NCBI GenBank assembly: GCA_043228905.1
Contig: JBHGNT010000004.1
Location: 7,936,001 to 8,000,000 of the forward strand
Length of the DNA stretch: 64,000 bases
DNA from: Azolla caroliniana
Lineage: Eukaryota; Plantae; Polypodiophyta
Direction: 5' to 3'
The position numbers and the translations under genes were made by a program. Positions 14,106-26,058 of the stretch are shown here, in pieces; the first letter of the stretch is position 1, and every line of letters begins with the position of its first letter. The notes below the pieces were generated by a model. It was given only the letters and a program-made list of their open reading frames with translations, was not told the origin of the DNA and made no database searches.

Positions 14106-17100
14106 ATGAAAGGAGGTGTGAGCGGTTTCCCAGGTATGATAGTTCTCAACTCAAAGAACTATGCAGACTGGAAGATCAAGATGGAGAACCTTCTCATAGT
14201 CAAAGACCTATACGAGCCAGTCGATAGAGCAAAAATACCCAGGGGGGTATTGGAGTCAGACTGGAAGCTTCTGAATAGGAAGGTGGTGGCCACAATCCGA
14301 CAATGTGTCGATGTACGTGTCCTTTAGCATGTGCCGAATGACACGAATGCCCACGAGATGTGGCAGAAGCTGTCGAGTCTGTACGAGAGGAAGAACGCAC
14401 TAAACAGAACCTCACTAATGAGAAAAATCATACGGCTGAAATACAGAGACGGTGAGAGGATCGTCGAACACATCAACACATTTATGGGGTATGTAAATCA
14501 ACTTGTTGCGACCAAGTTTCCCCTGGATGATGCGATGCAGGCCATCCTGTTGATGTGCACACTACCGGAAAGTTGGGAGAACCAAGTGGTTACTCTCAGC
14601 ACCTCCTGTCAAGAAGACAACTTGTCTTTACAGACTGTGAAGATAAGCATCCTAAACGAGGAGGCAAGGACGAGAGACAAAGGAGTCATGTCCCAAACGG
14701 AGTCGAATCTGACTCAACATATGGACAGAGGAAGGGACTGGCAAAGAAGAAGTCCACAGCTAACGGACAAATCCCATGCCAGATCGAAGTTCAGAGGTAA
14801 GACTATGTGCTTCTATTGCAGAAAACTTGGACACTTCCAGAAGGACTACCGAAACATGAAGAAAGATAAGTCTGTCAGAAACAATGTTGAACCCCAGAAA
14901 ATTCCGGATGACAAGAACACTTCAGCCATTGATACGAGCAATGAAGAACTCCTGTTCATTTGTGAATAGACGAGTGAAAATCTTGCGAGTGAAGATTGCA
15001 CGTGGGTGATCGACTCCGGCGCATCCTTCCATATTACTCCGTCGAGAGAGTATTTCTCGACTTACATAGTTGGGGATCATGGCTATGTAAAGATGGGTGA
15101 TAGTGGAGAGTGCAAGATAACCGGAGTCAGAAGTGTAAGCTTGACGACGTCGACAGGGTGTCGACTGACGTTGAAGGATGTTCGACACGTCCCCACTATC
15201 AGATTGAATCTGATATCGACTGGAAAGCTTGACGACGAAGGCCACAGTGGTAGCTTTCGGAATGGCAAGTGGAAGTTCTGCCGAGGAAATCTCATAGTGG
15301 CCCGAGCACAAAAAGAAGGCACATTGTACATGATGCATGCCCGACTGTGCAAATCGGAAGTAAACATGGCAGCCGACTCGGCAGGAGAGATATGGCATAA
15401 GAGGCTAGGCCACATGAGTGAAAAGGAATGCACTTCCTAGCCGACCAAAAACTTCTACCAGAAGTCAAGGGAGTGCACCTGGAGAAGTGTGTTGACTGCT
15501 TAGCCGGACAGTAGAACAGGACGGCATTCCACTCGAGACCACCAAGGAGAAGAGAAGCTGCACTGGAACTAGTACACACAGACGTGTGCTATGTGGATGC
15601 TCCATCGCATCGAGGTGGACAGTACTTTGTAACATTTATTGACGACTATAGTCGGAAAACATGGGCCTTCGTACTTAAGTCGAAGGATCAAGTATTGTCG
15701 GTTTTCAAGGAGTTCTAGGCAAGAACCGAAAGAGAGTCGGATCGGAAACTGAAGGTTGTCCGAACCGACAATGGTGGCGAGTATAAAGAGCAGTTCGAGG
15801 AATACTGCAAGTGCCAAGGTATTCGAATCGAATACACAGTACCAAAGACCCCAGAGTTGAACGGGCTTGCAGAGAGGATGAATCGAACGATCATGGAGAG
15901 AGTAAGGAGCATGCTCTCTCATGCGAAACAGCCGAAATCCTATTGGGCTGAGGCGATGTACACAGCTGTTTATCTGATCAACAGGTCTCCCTCAGTGCCA
16001 TTAAAGGGTGATGTCCCACAAAGGATGTTGACAGGGAAGGATGTCTCTTACCAATACTTGAGGGTGTTTGGATGTTTGGTGTATATGCATGTACCAAAGG
16101 ATCAGAGGTCAAAGCTCGACAGCAAGTCGAAAGCATGCATATTCATGGGATACTTGGAAGATGAGTTCGGCTACAAGCTATGGGACCTAATCGAAAAAAA
16201 GGTAGTGAGAAGTCGGGATGTAGTCTTTCTAGAAGACAAGACAATTGAAGACTGGAAGCAACAGAAGTCGGAACCGACTCCCCAGTCAACCTTGAGTACC
16301 ATCGACTAAGGCCAAGTGAGTCGTCACCGACAGTTGTAAGGAGACAGCTGGCCGACAGCGTCGAATCCGAGTCGATCGACTCGGAAAGACCGACAGACTA
16401 TGAGTCAGAGTCGGCAGAGTTGCTGAAGTCAATTGATGAATATGAGTTGGAGTTATCCAACTTGGAGATACCGATTGACGAGCAGAATCTCGAGCAGAGA
16501 GAAGAGTTGGCAAAGACATCCAGACTGGAGCCAACAACGAGTGGACGAAGATACCCACTCAAAGAAAGGAAGGCACCAATTACATATGCCAATCAATACG
16601 TCCTCTTGACTGATGACGATGAACCAGAGTGCTATGAAGAAGCCATTGCCGACGAGAGCAAAGAAAAATGGTTGAGCGTGATGCAAGAGGAGATGGAATC
16701 CTTGCATGCGAATTACACCTACGACCAGTAGAGTTGCCGAAAGGTAAGAGAGCACTCAGGAATAAATGGGTCTACAAGGTGAAGACTGGAGAAGTCGATA
16801 GCGAACCTAGGTATAAAGCCTGCATAGTGGTGAAGGGTTTCCAACAGAAGAAGGGCGTCGACTTTGACGAAATATTCGCACCAGTCGTGAAGATGACATC
16901 CATTCGAACTGTTCTAAGCATAGTGGCCAGTTTGGACCTGGAGATCGAACAGTTGGATGTCAAAACTGCATTTCTGCATGGGGAGCTAGAAGAAGAAATT
17001 TACATGCAGCAACCCGAAGGCTTTGAGGAGAAAGGGAAAGAGAACCTGGTGTGTCAACTGAGGAAAAGCTTGTACGGTCTGAAACAAGCTCCATGCCAAT

Positions 17101-18169
17101 GGTACAAGAAATTCGAGCCCTTCATGATGGAACATCGGTTCCAAAAAACACAGGCTGATCACTGTGTGTTCGTAAAAAGGCTTTGCGTTCGACATGTTGA
17201 TGATATGTTGATAGTCGGCCAAGATGCAAGCAAGATTGGAAGCTTGAAGAAAGCTCTCGGCAAATCATTTGCCATGAAAGACCTTGGACCAACAAAGCAA
17301 ATCCTAGGAATGCACATAACCCGAGACAAAGCTTGGAAGGTGCTATGGTTGTCACAATAGAAGTATGTGACAAAGATCCTAGAGAGGTTCAACATGTCGA
17401 ACGCAAAGCCGGTCGGCTCAATGTTGCCGACAAATTGCAGATTGAATGTGAAGCAGTGTCCAAAAGGGCAGAAGGAAAAGGTTGAGATGAAGAAGGTACC
17501 ATATGCCTCGGCCGTCGGCAGTCTAATGTATGTTATGGTTTGTACGAGACCGGACATAAATTTGTTGTGGGAACAGTAAGCCGATATATGAGTAATCTAG
17601 GGAGAGAACACTGGGCAGTAGTGAAGTGGATACTCAGGTACCTGAAAGGCACCTCGGAGGTGTGCCTAAGGTATGGTGTCAGAAAACCTGTGGTGGAAGG
17701 TTTTACCGATTCGGACACGTCTGGAGATACTGACTCAAGCTTATCCACATCAGGGTACGTGATGACCTATGCAGGGGGAGCAGTGTCGTGGCAATCACAA
17801 CTGCAGAAGTCTGTAGCCTTGTCAACTACAGAGGTAAAGTATATGGCAGCAGTAGAGACCGGAAAAGAGTTGATCTGGATGAAGAGTTTTCTCACCGAAC
17901 TAGGCATGGAGCAAAAGGAGTTCTTGCTTCACTGTGACAGTCAAAGCGCCATACACCTAGCCAAGAACGCGGCATACCACTCCCGAACCAAGCACATACA
18001 GAGAAGGTATCACTGGTTGCGGGAGAGAGTCGAAGAAGGAGATTTTTCCCTTGTGAAGATCCATACCGATGACAATGGATCTGACATGCTGACGAAGAAC
18101 CTACCTATGGACAAACTCAGAGTCTGTCGACAAAATACAAGACTAACAGATTTCCTCCCACAGGAATGA
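14106..18169 (+). pseudogene. C4 gag-pol with many premature stops
   Basis: CCHC knuckle CFYCRKLGHFQKD, DSGASFH, NGLAERMNRT, HVDDML and RNase H motifs across broken ORFs. Confidence 0.93.
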
Positions 18170-19683
18170 AGGGGGAGTTTGTTGGGAATATGTCCCTCCC
18201 GTGGGAGGATGATCCGACTGTTCGGAAAATCAATAGTCCAAGAGTCGGAAAACCGGAGCCGAGTTGATGAGGAACTCGGAATCGTGTAAATAGCCAACTC
18301 GGGAGACTATACTTGTAAATAGTCTAAGTGTGCGCCCCATGAGGGTTACGTATGTAAATAACCAAAAAGTTGCGTAACTATATATGCAACTAGGGAAAAC
18401 TTTTAGGAAGAATAGAGTGTAAGTACAGAAGTTGTAGAACGTGAGAGAGAGAGAGTACTGTGAGCCGCGCCATAGCTATGTGAGTAACAACAGACGCGAA
18501 GAGCCCTGTGGCGCTGATACACTCGACAAAGTGTTGTAATCATCTCTATATTGTATATCCACTATCCATAGTGAAGATTTTGTTCCCGTGGTTTTCTCCC
18601 ATTTTAGGGTTTCCATGTAAATCTCTGTACATCTGTTTATCTTGTCTTTCTGGTGCATTCTTGTGATTCGTATTTCAGCGCGTAGTTCGTTTATTGTGAT
18701 CTATTCTGCATCGATTTCTCAACACATTTATCCCTAGAGACGGTGAAGTCGATCTTGTTAAACGAAGAAGCTCACCGGAAGGATAGAGAGTCCATTACCG
18801 ACCCGAAGGCTTTTGTCACAGAAGGTGACATGAACCGAGGGAGAGGGTGGAATAGAAGTCCTCATAATTGGGACAAGTCCAGACGGAGGTCAAAGTCGAA
18901 GGGAAGGCCCACGTTCTTCTATTGTGGGAAGCTAGGACACTTCCAAAAGAACTGTCGACACTACCAGAAGAACTAAAGGGGAGCTGACGGTGTTGCGTTG
19001 AAGAAGATTTCGGGCAGCAAGAACACCTCGGCCATCGTCATGAGTGAGGAAGAGCTATTGTTCATCATTGAACAGAACGATGTAAATCTCACCGACGAAG
19101 AATCGACATGGGCGGTCGATTCCGGTGCGTCGTTTCACCTTACCCCTAACAGAGAATGTTTCTCATCATATACAGTTGGTGACTACGACTATGTGAAGAT
19201 GGGAAATAACGTTGCATGCAAGATCTTCAAAATTGGGAATGTATCGTTGTTGTCCTCAACAGGTTGCAGAATGAAGTTGAAGGATGTGCGCCATGTTCTG
19301 GATATCTGATTGAATCTTATATCAGTCGGATAGCTCGATGACAAAGAGAATGAGAGCTTGGGGATGTAGCCCGCTCTAGATAGATGCATGATGCCGGTTT
19401 TGCTAAGATGACCGAGTCGACCATGTCATAGTGATGACACGAGAATGTCTACCAAGAATAGGTCACCCTCTCTGAGAGTGACATATAATGGGTACATTGA
19501 GTGCACCTTTGGTCCTCTGGCAATCAGGAGATTCCCTTGGTGAAGTGTCCACCCTCCTGCCGAGAAGCCGGTACAGATGCCATCTTTGTTCAATTGTCTG
19601 ACTAAGATCAATGGGCTTGACAACTCGGGTACATGTCAGACATTGTGTTGTACAAAAGTAGAGCCACCTGGAAGATTAAGCTC

Positions 19684-20379
19684 TAGCAATGGACCCGATT
19701 TCGGCTCAAACCAAACCGAACCGTTAAACCGTGGCTTAACGGTTTATTGGTTCAAAGATAAATAAACCGTTTGGTTTGGTTTTAAATGTTATGATCCGGT
19801 TTGGTTTCGGTTCGGTTCAGTTTTGAATTTCATGGTTCAGTGGTTTATCGGTTTTGATTTATGTGGTTCGGTTTAAAGGTTTATAAGTTTAAAGGTTTAT
19901 AGGTTTATAGGTTTATAGGTTTATAGGTTTATAGGTTTATAGGTTTATAGGTTAAAAAGTATTCTTAAATTTTCACCTCTAGGCTCTAACTTTCAACTTT
20001 TAATTTTAAACCTCTAGGCTCTAACTTATTAAATTTTATATGTATTATAAGTAGAGTCTCCATTTGATGTATGATTATCAAATTTAGGATAAGTATGATG
20101 ACCAAATTTATAATATGTATGATGACCAAATTTATGACAAGTATGATGACCAAATTTATAATAGTTGTGATAACCAAATTTATGATGATTTTCTCACACA
20201 AATTCATAATATGTATGATAATCAAAATCTCTAAAAAATGGTTTAGTTTGGTTTTGATTTATGATAAACCGGTTTGGTTTGGTTTTAAATTTTCCATAAA
20301 CGGTTTGGTTTGGTTTTTATTATAAATAAATGGTTTGGTTTGGTTTCAAGGCCAAGAAACTGAACCAGGCCCATTGCTA
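19684..20379. mobile_element. Non-autonomous hAT-type DNA transposon (MITE)
   Basis: 8-bp TSD TTAAGCTC (19676-19683, 20380-20387); TIR TAGCAATGG(A/G)CC; subterminal AAACC/GGTTT motifs; internal (AGGTTTAT)n. Confidence 0.9.
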
Positions 20380-21121
20380 TTAAGCTCTGCTTTGCCGATG
20401 CCGATTATCGCACAGTGTTGGGAATTTTCGACTCAGACAAAGTCAGAATGTCGGGTCGAATATTGTCGGAATTGCAATCTATGAGGAGTCACATGATACA
20501 ATGCACCTGAATCTAGGAGCCAAGTGGTGGACTCTTTAGTCATAAGCAAAACTTCTTATTCGATTGAGTGTTCTATGAACAAACTGTTCAGGTCGTCTAT
20601 CAATACTTCGGCTAATAAGCCAATATAGTTGACCTCCTCTTGTCGGCTTCCCTTGTGATCGGCTCTCTAAGCTTTATCATTTTTTGCTTTGAGGGCACGG
20701 TAATCGGCCTTAATGTGTCCAGGATTCTTACAGTAATTGCATGTTTGATTGTCCCTGGACTTGCTCCGGCTCCGCGAATTTGTCGGCGGTCAGGAAGAAC
20801 TGCCCTGACTGTTCGGTCGGTCGACTAAACCTTGTACTACGTAGGCCTCGTTAGTCGAGTCGTTTACGAACAATTTCCTCTGAACTGCTTCAGTCAAGAT
20901 TGAGCTTGTGACTTCATAGTACTATACTACAGCAATCAACGCATTGCACACAGTTGTGATGAAAGTTTCCCATGTAGGGGGGAGACTGCTCATTAGCAAC
21001 ATTGTGTTTAATTCATCTTCTATTGTCGTCCTCTGAGCCGAAATGTGGGAGCACTTTCGTACTCATTGATGTGTGCTTGAACCGAGTCAGATTCTTTCAT
21101 CCAAAGGTTGTAGAGGCGCCG

Positions 21122-21758
21122 GATAAGGTATATCTTTGTTGTGGTGACCTTCTTTTCATAAGTATCTGAGAGTGTCTTCTATAGTTGAAAGGCAGAAGAA
21201 CACAATTGCACTGTGACATACGTTGACTCCAACAAGTGCATTCGAATGGTGACCTGGACAATTCGATCTAATTGTGTCCACTAATTCGGCTTGTACTCTT
21301 CTAGAGGATTTTCAAATTCGATTGGATCTACCTTTGAGGATCAAATAGTCTTACATTTGTTCCTTCCAGAAGTTGAAGTTCAACCCATCGAACTTCCTTA
21401 GACTCATCTAGGATGAGCCGGATGTTGATGTCATTCTGGCCGAATAAGGTATATCTTTGTTGTGGTGACCTTGATTTCATAAGTATCTGAGAGTGTCTTC
21501 TATAGTTGAAAGGCAATCGAACACAATTGCATTGTGACATACATTGACTCCAACAAGTGCATTCAAATGGTGACCTGGACAATTCGATCTAACTTTGTCC
21601 ACTAATTCGGCTTGTACTCTTCTAGAGGATTTTCGAATTCGATTGGATCTACCTTTGAGGATCAAATAGTCTTACATTTGTTCCTTCCAGAAGTTGAAGT
21701 TCAACCCATCGAACTTCCTTAGACTCATCTAGGATGAGCCGGATGTTGATGTCATTCT
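21122..21758. repeat. Tandem duplication with a 321-bp period in C2 gag
   Basis: AAGGTATATCTTTGTTG at 21125 and 21446; the QNDINIRL..FDPQR peptide occurs twice in the ORF track. Confidence 0.9.
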
Positions 21759-22316
21759 GTGTCGGCTTTGTAAGGCTTTGTCCGAAGTTGGTTACGAATG
21801 GTGGTTGAGTGTAGCTGGCTTGCTCACCCGAATTCATTCGAGGCTAACGTGGACATGAGTTAGTCGATATCGTCTATCGGCAAGTTCTGTCCAGAGCGAC
21901 TACAACCGATTGGCCTAGCCGAATTGGACCCGAATTTACCGATTTGTTAGTCAATTAGGTTCCAAATGACAATTGGATGCTAAACTTGCTCGAAGTGACT
22001 ATGATGAGCAAAGGGATAGAGCCGATTGGTCTTCCTAGATGTCTTCTAGCCAAGTTGAGCACAGTTTACTGCCAATTCAATGCCAAAATGATGATTTCAA
22101 GAGGTCGATCACAGATCATGTGTCAATTCCTTATGTTGAGCATGTTCCGGATGGTTGTAGTGGTTAAGTAGACAATGCCGACTGACTTTTCTGAATACTA
22201 CTCAGCCAAATGGAACACAATTAGAACCGCCAGGGTAGAGATCCCACTTCGAGTGGTTACAATCATAGGGGTGAAAAGCAGTCGATTGGCTTACTTTAGT
22301 GGTGATTTAACGCAGT

Positions 22317-23484
22317 TGTCACGGACACACCAATGCTAGACTACGACAAAGCACAGATGACAAGGCTATGACCGATAAGGTTACGAACGTGGAACTCGAT
22401 GTGATGAGGCTAGAAACTCGGGAAGTTGGGAGCGATGAGATGAGGAACTTAAGACGCTAGGAACAAATACAAGAGCATAAAGACAAAGATGTAAATCAAG
22501 GATTGATGGGGCTAAACAAGAATACTAGATTGATGTGTCAATGACTGGTGTTGAATCCCTTGAAAGGGACCAAGGAGGTTACAAGTATTTGGACCAAGAT
22601 ATACATAACATGACCATATATTTGGACGTGTTGGTTAGAACACAACACTTGACTATATATAAGAGGTCAAGAGTTGTCATGTCTATGACATTATCCTCCC
22701 CTTTACGGCCGCCTTTTCGAAAGCATGGTGTAGGAGTGAGTTGAAAGAGAAAACCAAAGTACGTTGAGGAGTGAGTGACCATGAGCAGTCCTCACCGGAA
22801 ATAGGAGCACGGGTGAACGCGAGCAACCATGTGTGGTCCTCATCGGAGACTAGAACACCAAGGGGGTTTCCTTGCCATCTCTATCTCTTAGTTTCTTCTC
22901 ATCATCGTCTTTGTCGTTTAGATTCTACTCATTCTTCACATCTCTATCTCCTATTTTCTTCTCATCATCATCTCTATCTCTGCACTTCTTATCATCTTCC
23001 ACATCCCATCTTTGCATTTTTTGTCATTGTCATCCTTCTCCTTGTGTTTCCTGCCGTTTTCATCTTTATCTATGTGTTTCTTATTATCTTCGTCACTTTC
23101 TCTACGTTTCCTATCACCTTCATCCCTATCTTTGTGTTTTCTATCATCCTTTGTATATGTGTCTTTGTGTTTCTTCAGAACCTCAACATCTCGATCTCTA
23201 TGTTTCTTATCCTCTTCATCTCTTTCTCTGCTTCCATCATTGCCATAATCAAAGTCGTTGCTTCCAAAGTCGCTTCGTCAACATCATTGCCTTCATTGCT
23301 TCGTCTTCGACATCATCATCTTCAACCCTTTTGTTGTCGTCATCAACACTACTTTGCCTAGCGTTGACCAAGATATACATAACATGACCATATATTTGGA
23401 TGTGTTGGTTAGAACACAACACTTGACTATATATAAGAGGTCAAGAGTTCAAATCTTGACATGACTATTGTCATGTCTATGACA
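22317..23484 (-). mobile_element. Internally deleted non-autonomous Gypsy-type LTR element, same family as 54531-62134
   Basis: TSD GCAGT (22312-22316, 23485-23489); LTR 22317-22690; PPT GGGGAGGATAA; partial LTR 23366-23484. Confidence 0.85.
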
Positions 23485-23563
23485 GCAGTGAAGTGCAGAT
23501 CCACAAGTATCTTTCTCTTCTTAGAATGAGACCTTGGTGGTTGCTAAGCAAGAAAATCAGTTC

Positions 23564-23729
23564 GACCAAAATCTCAGAGTTTGTTCTGGTAAGTGTCGTC
23601 AGCTTGAGATCTTCAAGGGGATGGAAGCAGGAATACTGTTGAGAACGACCAAAATCTCAGAGTTTGTTCTGGTAAGTGTCGTCAGCTTGAGATCTTCAAG
23701 GGGATGGAAGCAGGAATACTGTTGAGAAC
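23564..23729. repeat. Perfect 83-bp tandem duplication in the C2 leader
   Basis: GACCAAAATCTCAG...GTTGAGAAC at 23564 and 23647. Confidence 0.92.
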
Positions 23730-24133
23730 GAGTGACGGCCGATAGTAGCTTGAAGAACCTCGACTCTTATACCAAATGTTGTAGTTGTGGCCGTTAGTAC
23801 ATAAACAATATCAACAATATATGATGAAGACTAACAAATGATAACATAAGTAGGCTATGGAGAACATATCAAACAAGACAACCTAACAAAAATCAAGATC
23901 AAAGAGACAGAATATGAGACTTGGGAGAGAGAGACAAAGATTAGGCACACAATGTAGTTGTATTATTCAAGATGGCAACAGTAACAACAACAACACTTTG
24001 AACTAGGTTACAAGACCAATTATATACTAACTAGGTTAGGGCAAGTGCCCTTAGACATATTTATATAAATGTCTTAAACCTAGTTGTCCAAAGGGACAAT
24101 GTGAACACAACCATTATACACCCATATTCGACA

Positions 24134-25085
24134 CGAACAGTGATGCGCAGCTTCAACCAAGAGGATGGAACGACCATTGAGGATGGCGAAGAAATGAGGA
24201 ATATAGCCACAACTTACTATAATCGACTACTTACTGAAGATAGATTGGCCATAGGGGAAGACACAAGAGAAGATATTAATATCCTCCAAAGCATACCCCA
24301 AAAAGTCACGACAAAAATCAACACATGGCTTACTCATCCCCTATCAATCATCGAAATATAGGAGGCATTCTCTGATTTGGATGCAGATAGCTACCCCGGA
24401 ATCGATGGCCTCACCCCTCACTTCTTCACGAACCTCTAGGATATTATTAAAGAAGACTTCCACCAGGCATATGAGGAGATCATCACCTCTAGAAATATGC
24501 CGAATGAATTCAAACAGTTACCTGTACGAGAGGATGAGTGAGAATGTCTATATGTGAAGGTTTGTTGTGTGTATGTGCAAATGTGCACAAGAGGGAGTGT
24601 GAGTATGAGTATGGTTGTATGTAAACACATGCACATGTGTGTGCATGTGGGTAAATATGAAAGAGTGTGCCACACGTACCAACAACAAGGCAGTTGTGGT
24701 GCTCCTAGATTTCAAGAAAGCATATGACAAGGTATGTTGGAATTTTCTAGAAGGTGTGATGGCGAAACTCGGCTTTCAAGAGTCATGGATCAAAGGCACT
24801 TCAAGCCTTTATAGGAATGCCAACAACTACTTATCACTAGCAAGTGAAAGGGGGCCCGTCTTTCAAATATTGCAATCTATACAACAAGGATGCCCACTAG
24901 CTCCATCCTTATTTCTATTGTACGCTAAAGCACTCTCTAGCTTTCTCAACTCGTGGCATCTAAACCTACGTGGTCTTCCTGTGCCACACTCTTACCAATG
25001 CCTCCCGGATATAGAATTTGTAGATGAAACCACAGTCTGCATGCAAGGGAACGTGGAAAATCTAAAGAAGCTAGAAAGTGGTATT
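24134..25085 (+). mobile_element. L1-type LINE RT fragment, degenerate, with a TG-rich insertion at about 24520-24670
   Basis: PGIDGL, LDFKKAYDKV, QGCPLAPSLF and FVDET motifs. Confidence 0.85.
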
Positions 25086-25094
25086 GTGGGGCTA

Positions 25095-25600
25095 CCACAA
25101 CAAAAATTCATCCAATTCCAATTGACTATGAATTTGGAGGCAGTCTTCATAAATCTTGTGCCAACAATATCACCAAAGAATGTGCCATTAACAATCAGGT
25201 AGCTACTATGGGTGAATTTGACCATGGACATGTTGGGAGCGCTAGAGAGAAGCCGACCAATAATCTGTTGAATGTGATCCCAGTAAGGTGGAAAGGGCCC
25301 ACTGATAATCTGCTGCAGAGCAGGCCACCAATAATCTGTTGAACATGCCCCCAATCAGGTGGAAAGAGCCCAATGATCATCCGTTGCAGAGCCTCCCACC
25401 CATAAACTGCTGAACATGCCCCTAATCAGATGGAAAGATCCCCTCAACTCCAATTTCATGTTGAGGAACATCTCCTTCCAGGCCCTCTATCAGTTTGTCA
25501 TTGTCCTAACACTTCAGTTCAAGGAAGGGAAGATCATGAGGCTGTCTGGTGTACCAAATGCCTTGCGTATCAACAGGATTTTCATATTCAATCGTAAGTG
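25095..25600 (+). pseudogene. ACA: Intronless fragment of an autoinhibited P2B Ca2+-ATPase (M5-M8 region)
   Basis: QKFIQFQLTMN..VPLT..*LLWVNLTMDMLGAL..AEPPT..LRNISFQALYQ..L.LQF; stops and an internal triplication. Confidence 0.85.
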
Positions 25601-26058
25601 GGCACTTTTTTCCTAAGATCAAGGTATGCATTTAACCAAATGTTTATTTGCAGAAGCTTCATTATTAAAGATAGTAGAAATTGACCATTTATAGACACTA
25701 TTGTCAATAAATATGAGGATTGGAATTCAATGTTCTCAAACTCGTGTCAATGAAGTCAAGATCGATTAATAGGATACACCTCAACAAATCATCATATACC
25801 ATGTAAGCTATAGGCTACACCTTAATAAATCATCCTATTCCATGTAAGGCTTGGCAAAAAAAGGCTCTCCTTAAAAGATTGGTCACAATTGTCTCTCTAA
25901 TAAAATTAGAGCAAACAATTTCATTCCACTCCCCTCAAAATTACACAAGAATTTCACTATATTACATTGCCAACACTTGCCTTTCTAATCAAAGATACAT
26001 TTAGAAGAATGTTGTGATTCTCGCATAATACATCATCTCCCCATTTGAAATTGTCTGA

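Larger units (their letters stand above)
7885..18724 (+). mobile_element. Ty1/Copia element C4 (Tork-like), full length, inserted in C3 gag
   Basis: TSD CATTT (7880-7884, 18725-18729); 5' LTR 7885-8051 plus 13725-14077; PBS 14081-14092; PPT 18168-18177; 3' LTR 18180-18724. Confidence 0.95.
6282..19345 (+). mobile_element. Ty1/Copia element C3, 3'-truncated after the protease
   Basis: 5' LTR 6282-6798; PBS TGGTATCAGAGC 6802-6813; gag starts 6815, resumes 7372-7884 and 18730 onward (zinc knuckle, DSGASFH). Confidence 0.85.
4573..24133 (-). mobile_element. Old Ty1/Copia element C2, host of the nested cluster; continues left of C1 beyond the window
   Basis: RT fragments 4573-4738 (LSQDDYIRRVLEHFNM), 5443-5646 (LYVDDMLL), 6201-6281 (APRQW..KFD); gag, protease and GAG-pre-integrase remnants 19350-21840; degenerate PBS 23764-23774; 5' LTR about 23777-24133. 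Confidence 0.75.

Noticed and set aside
22771-23464. Hydrophobic or Ser-rich membrane-protein-like ORFs
   Set aside because: Low-complexity pyrimidine-rich transposon interior.
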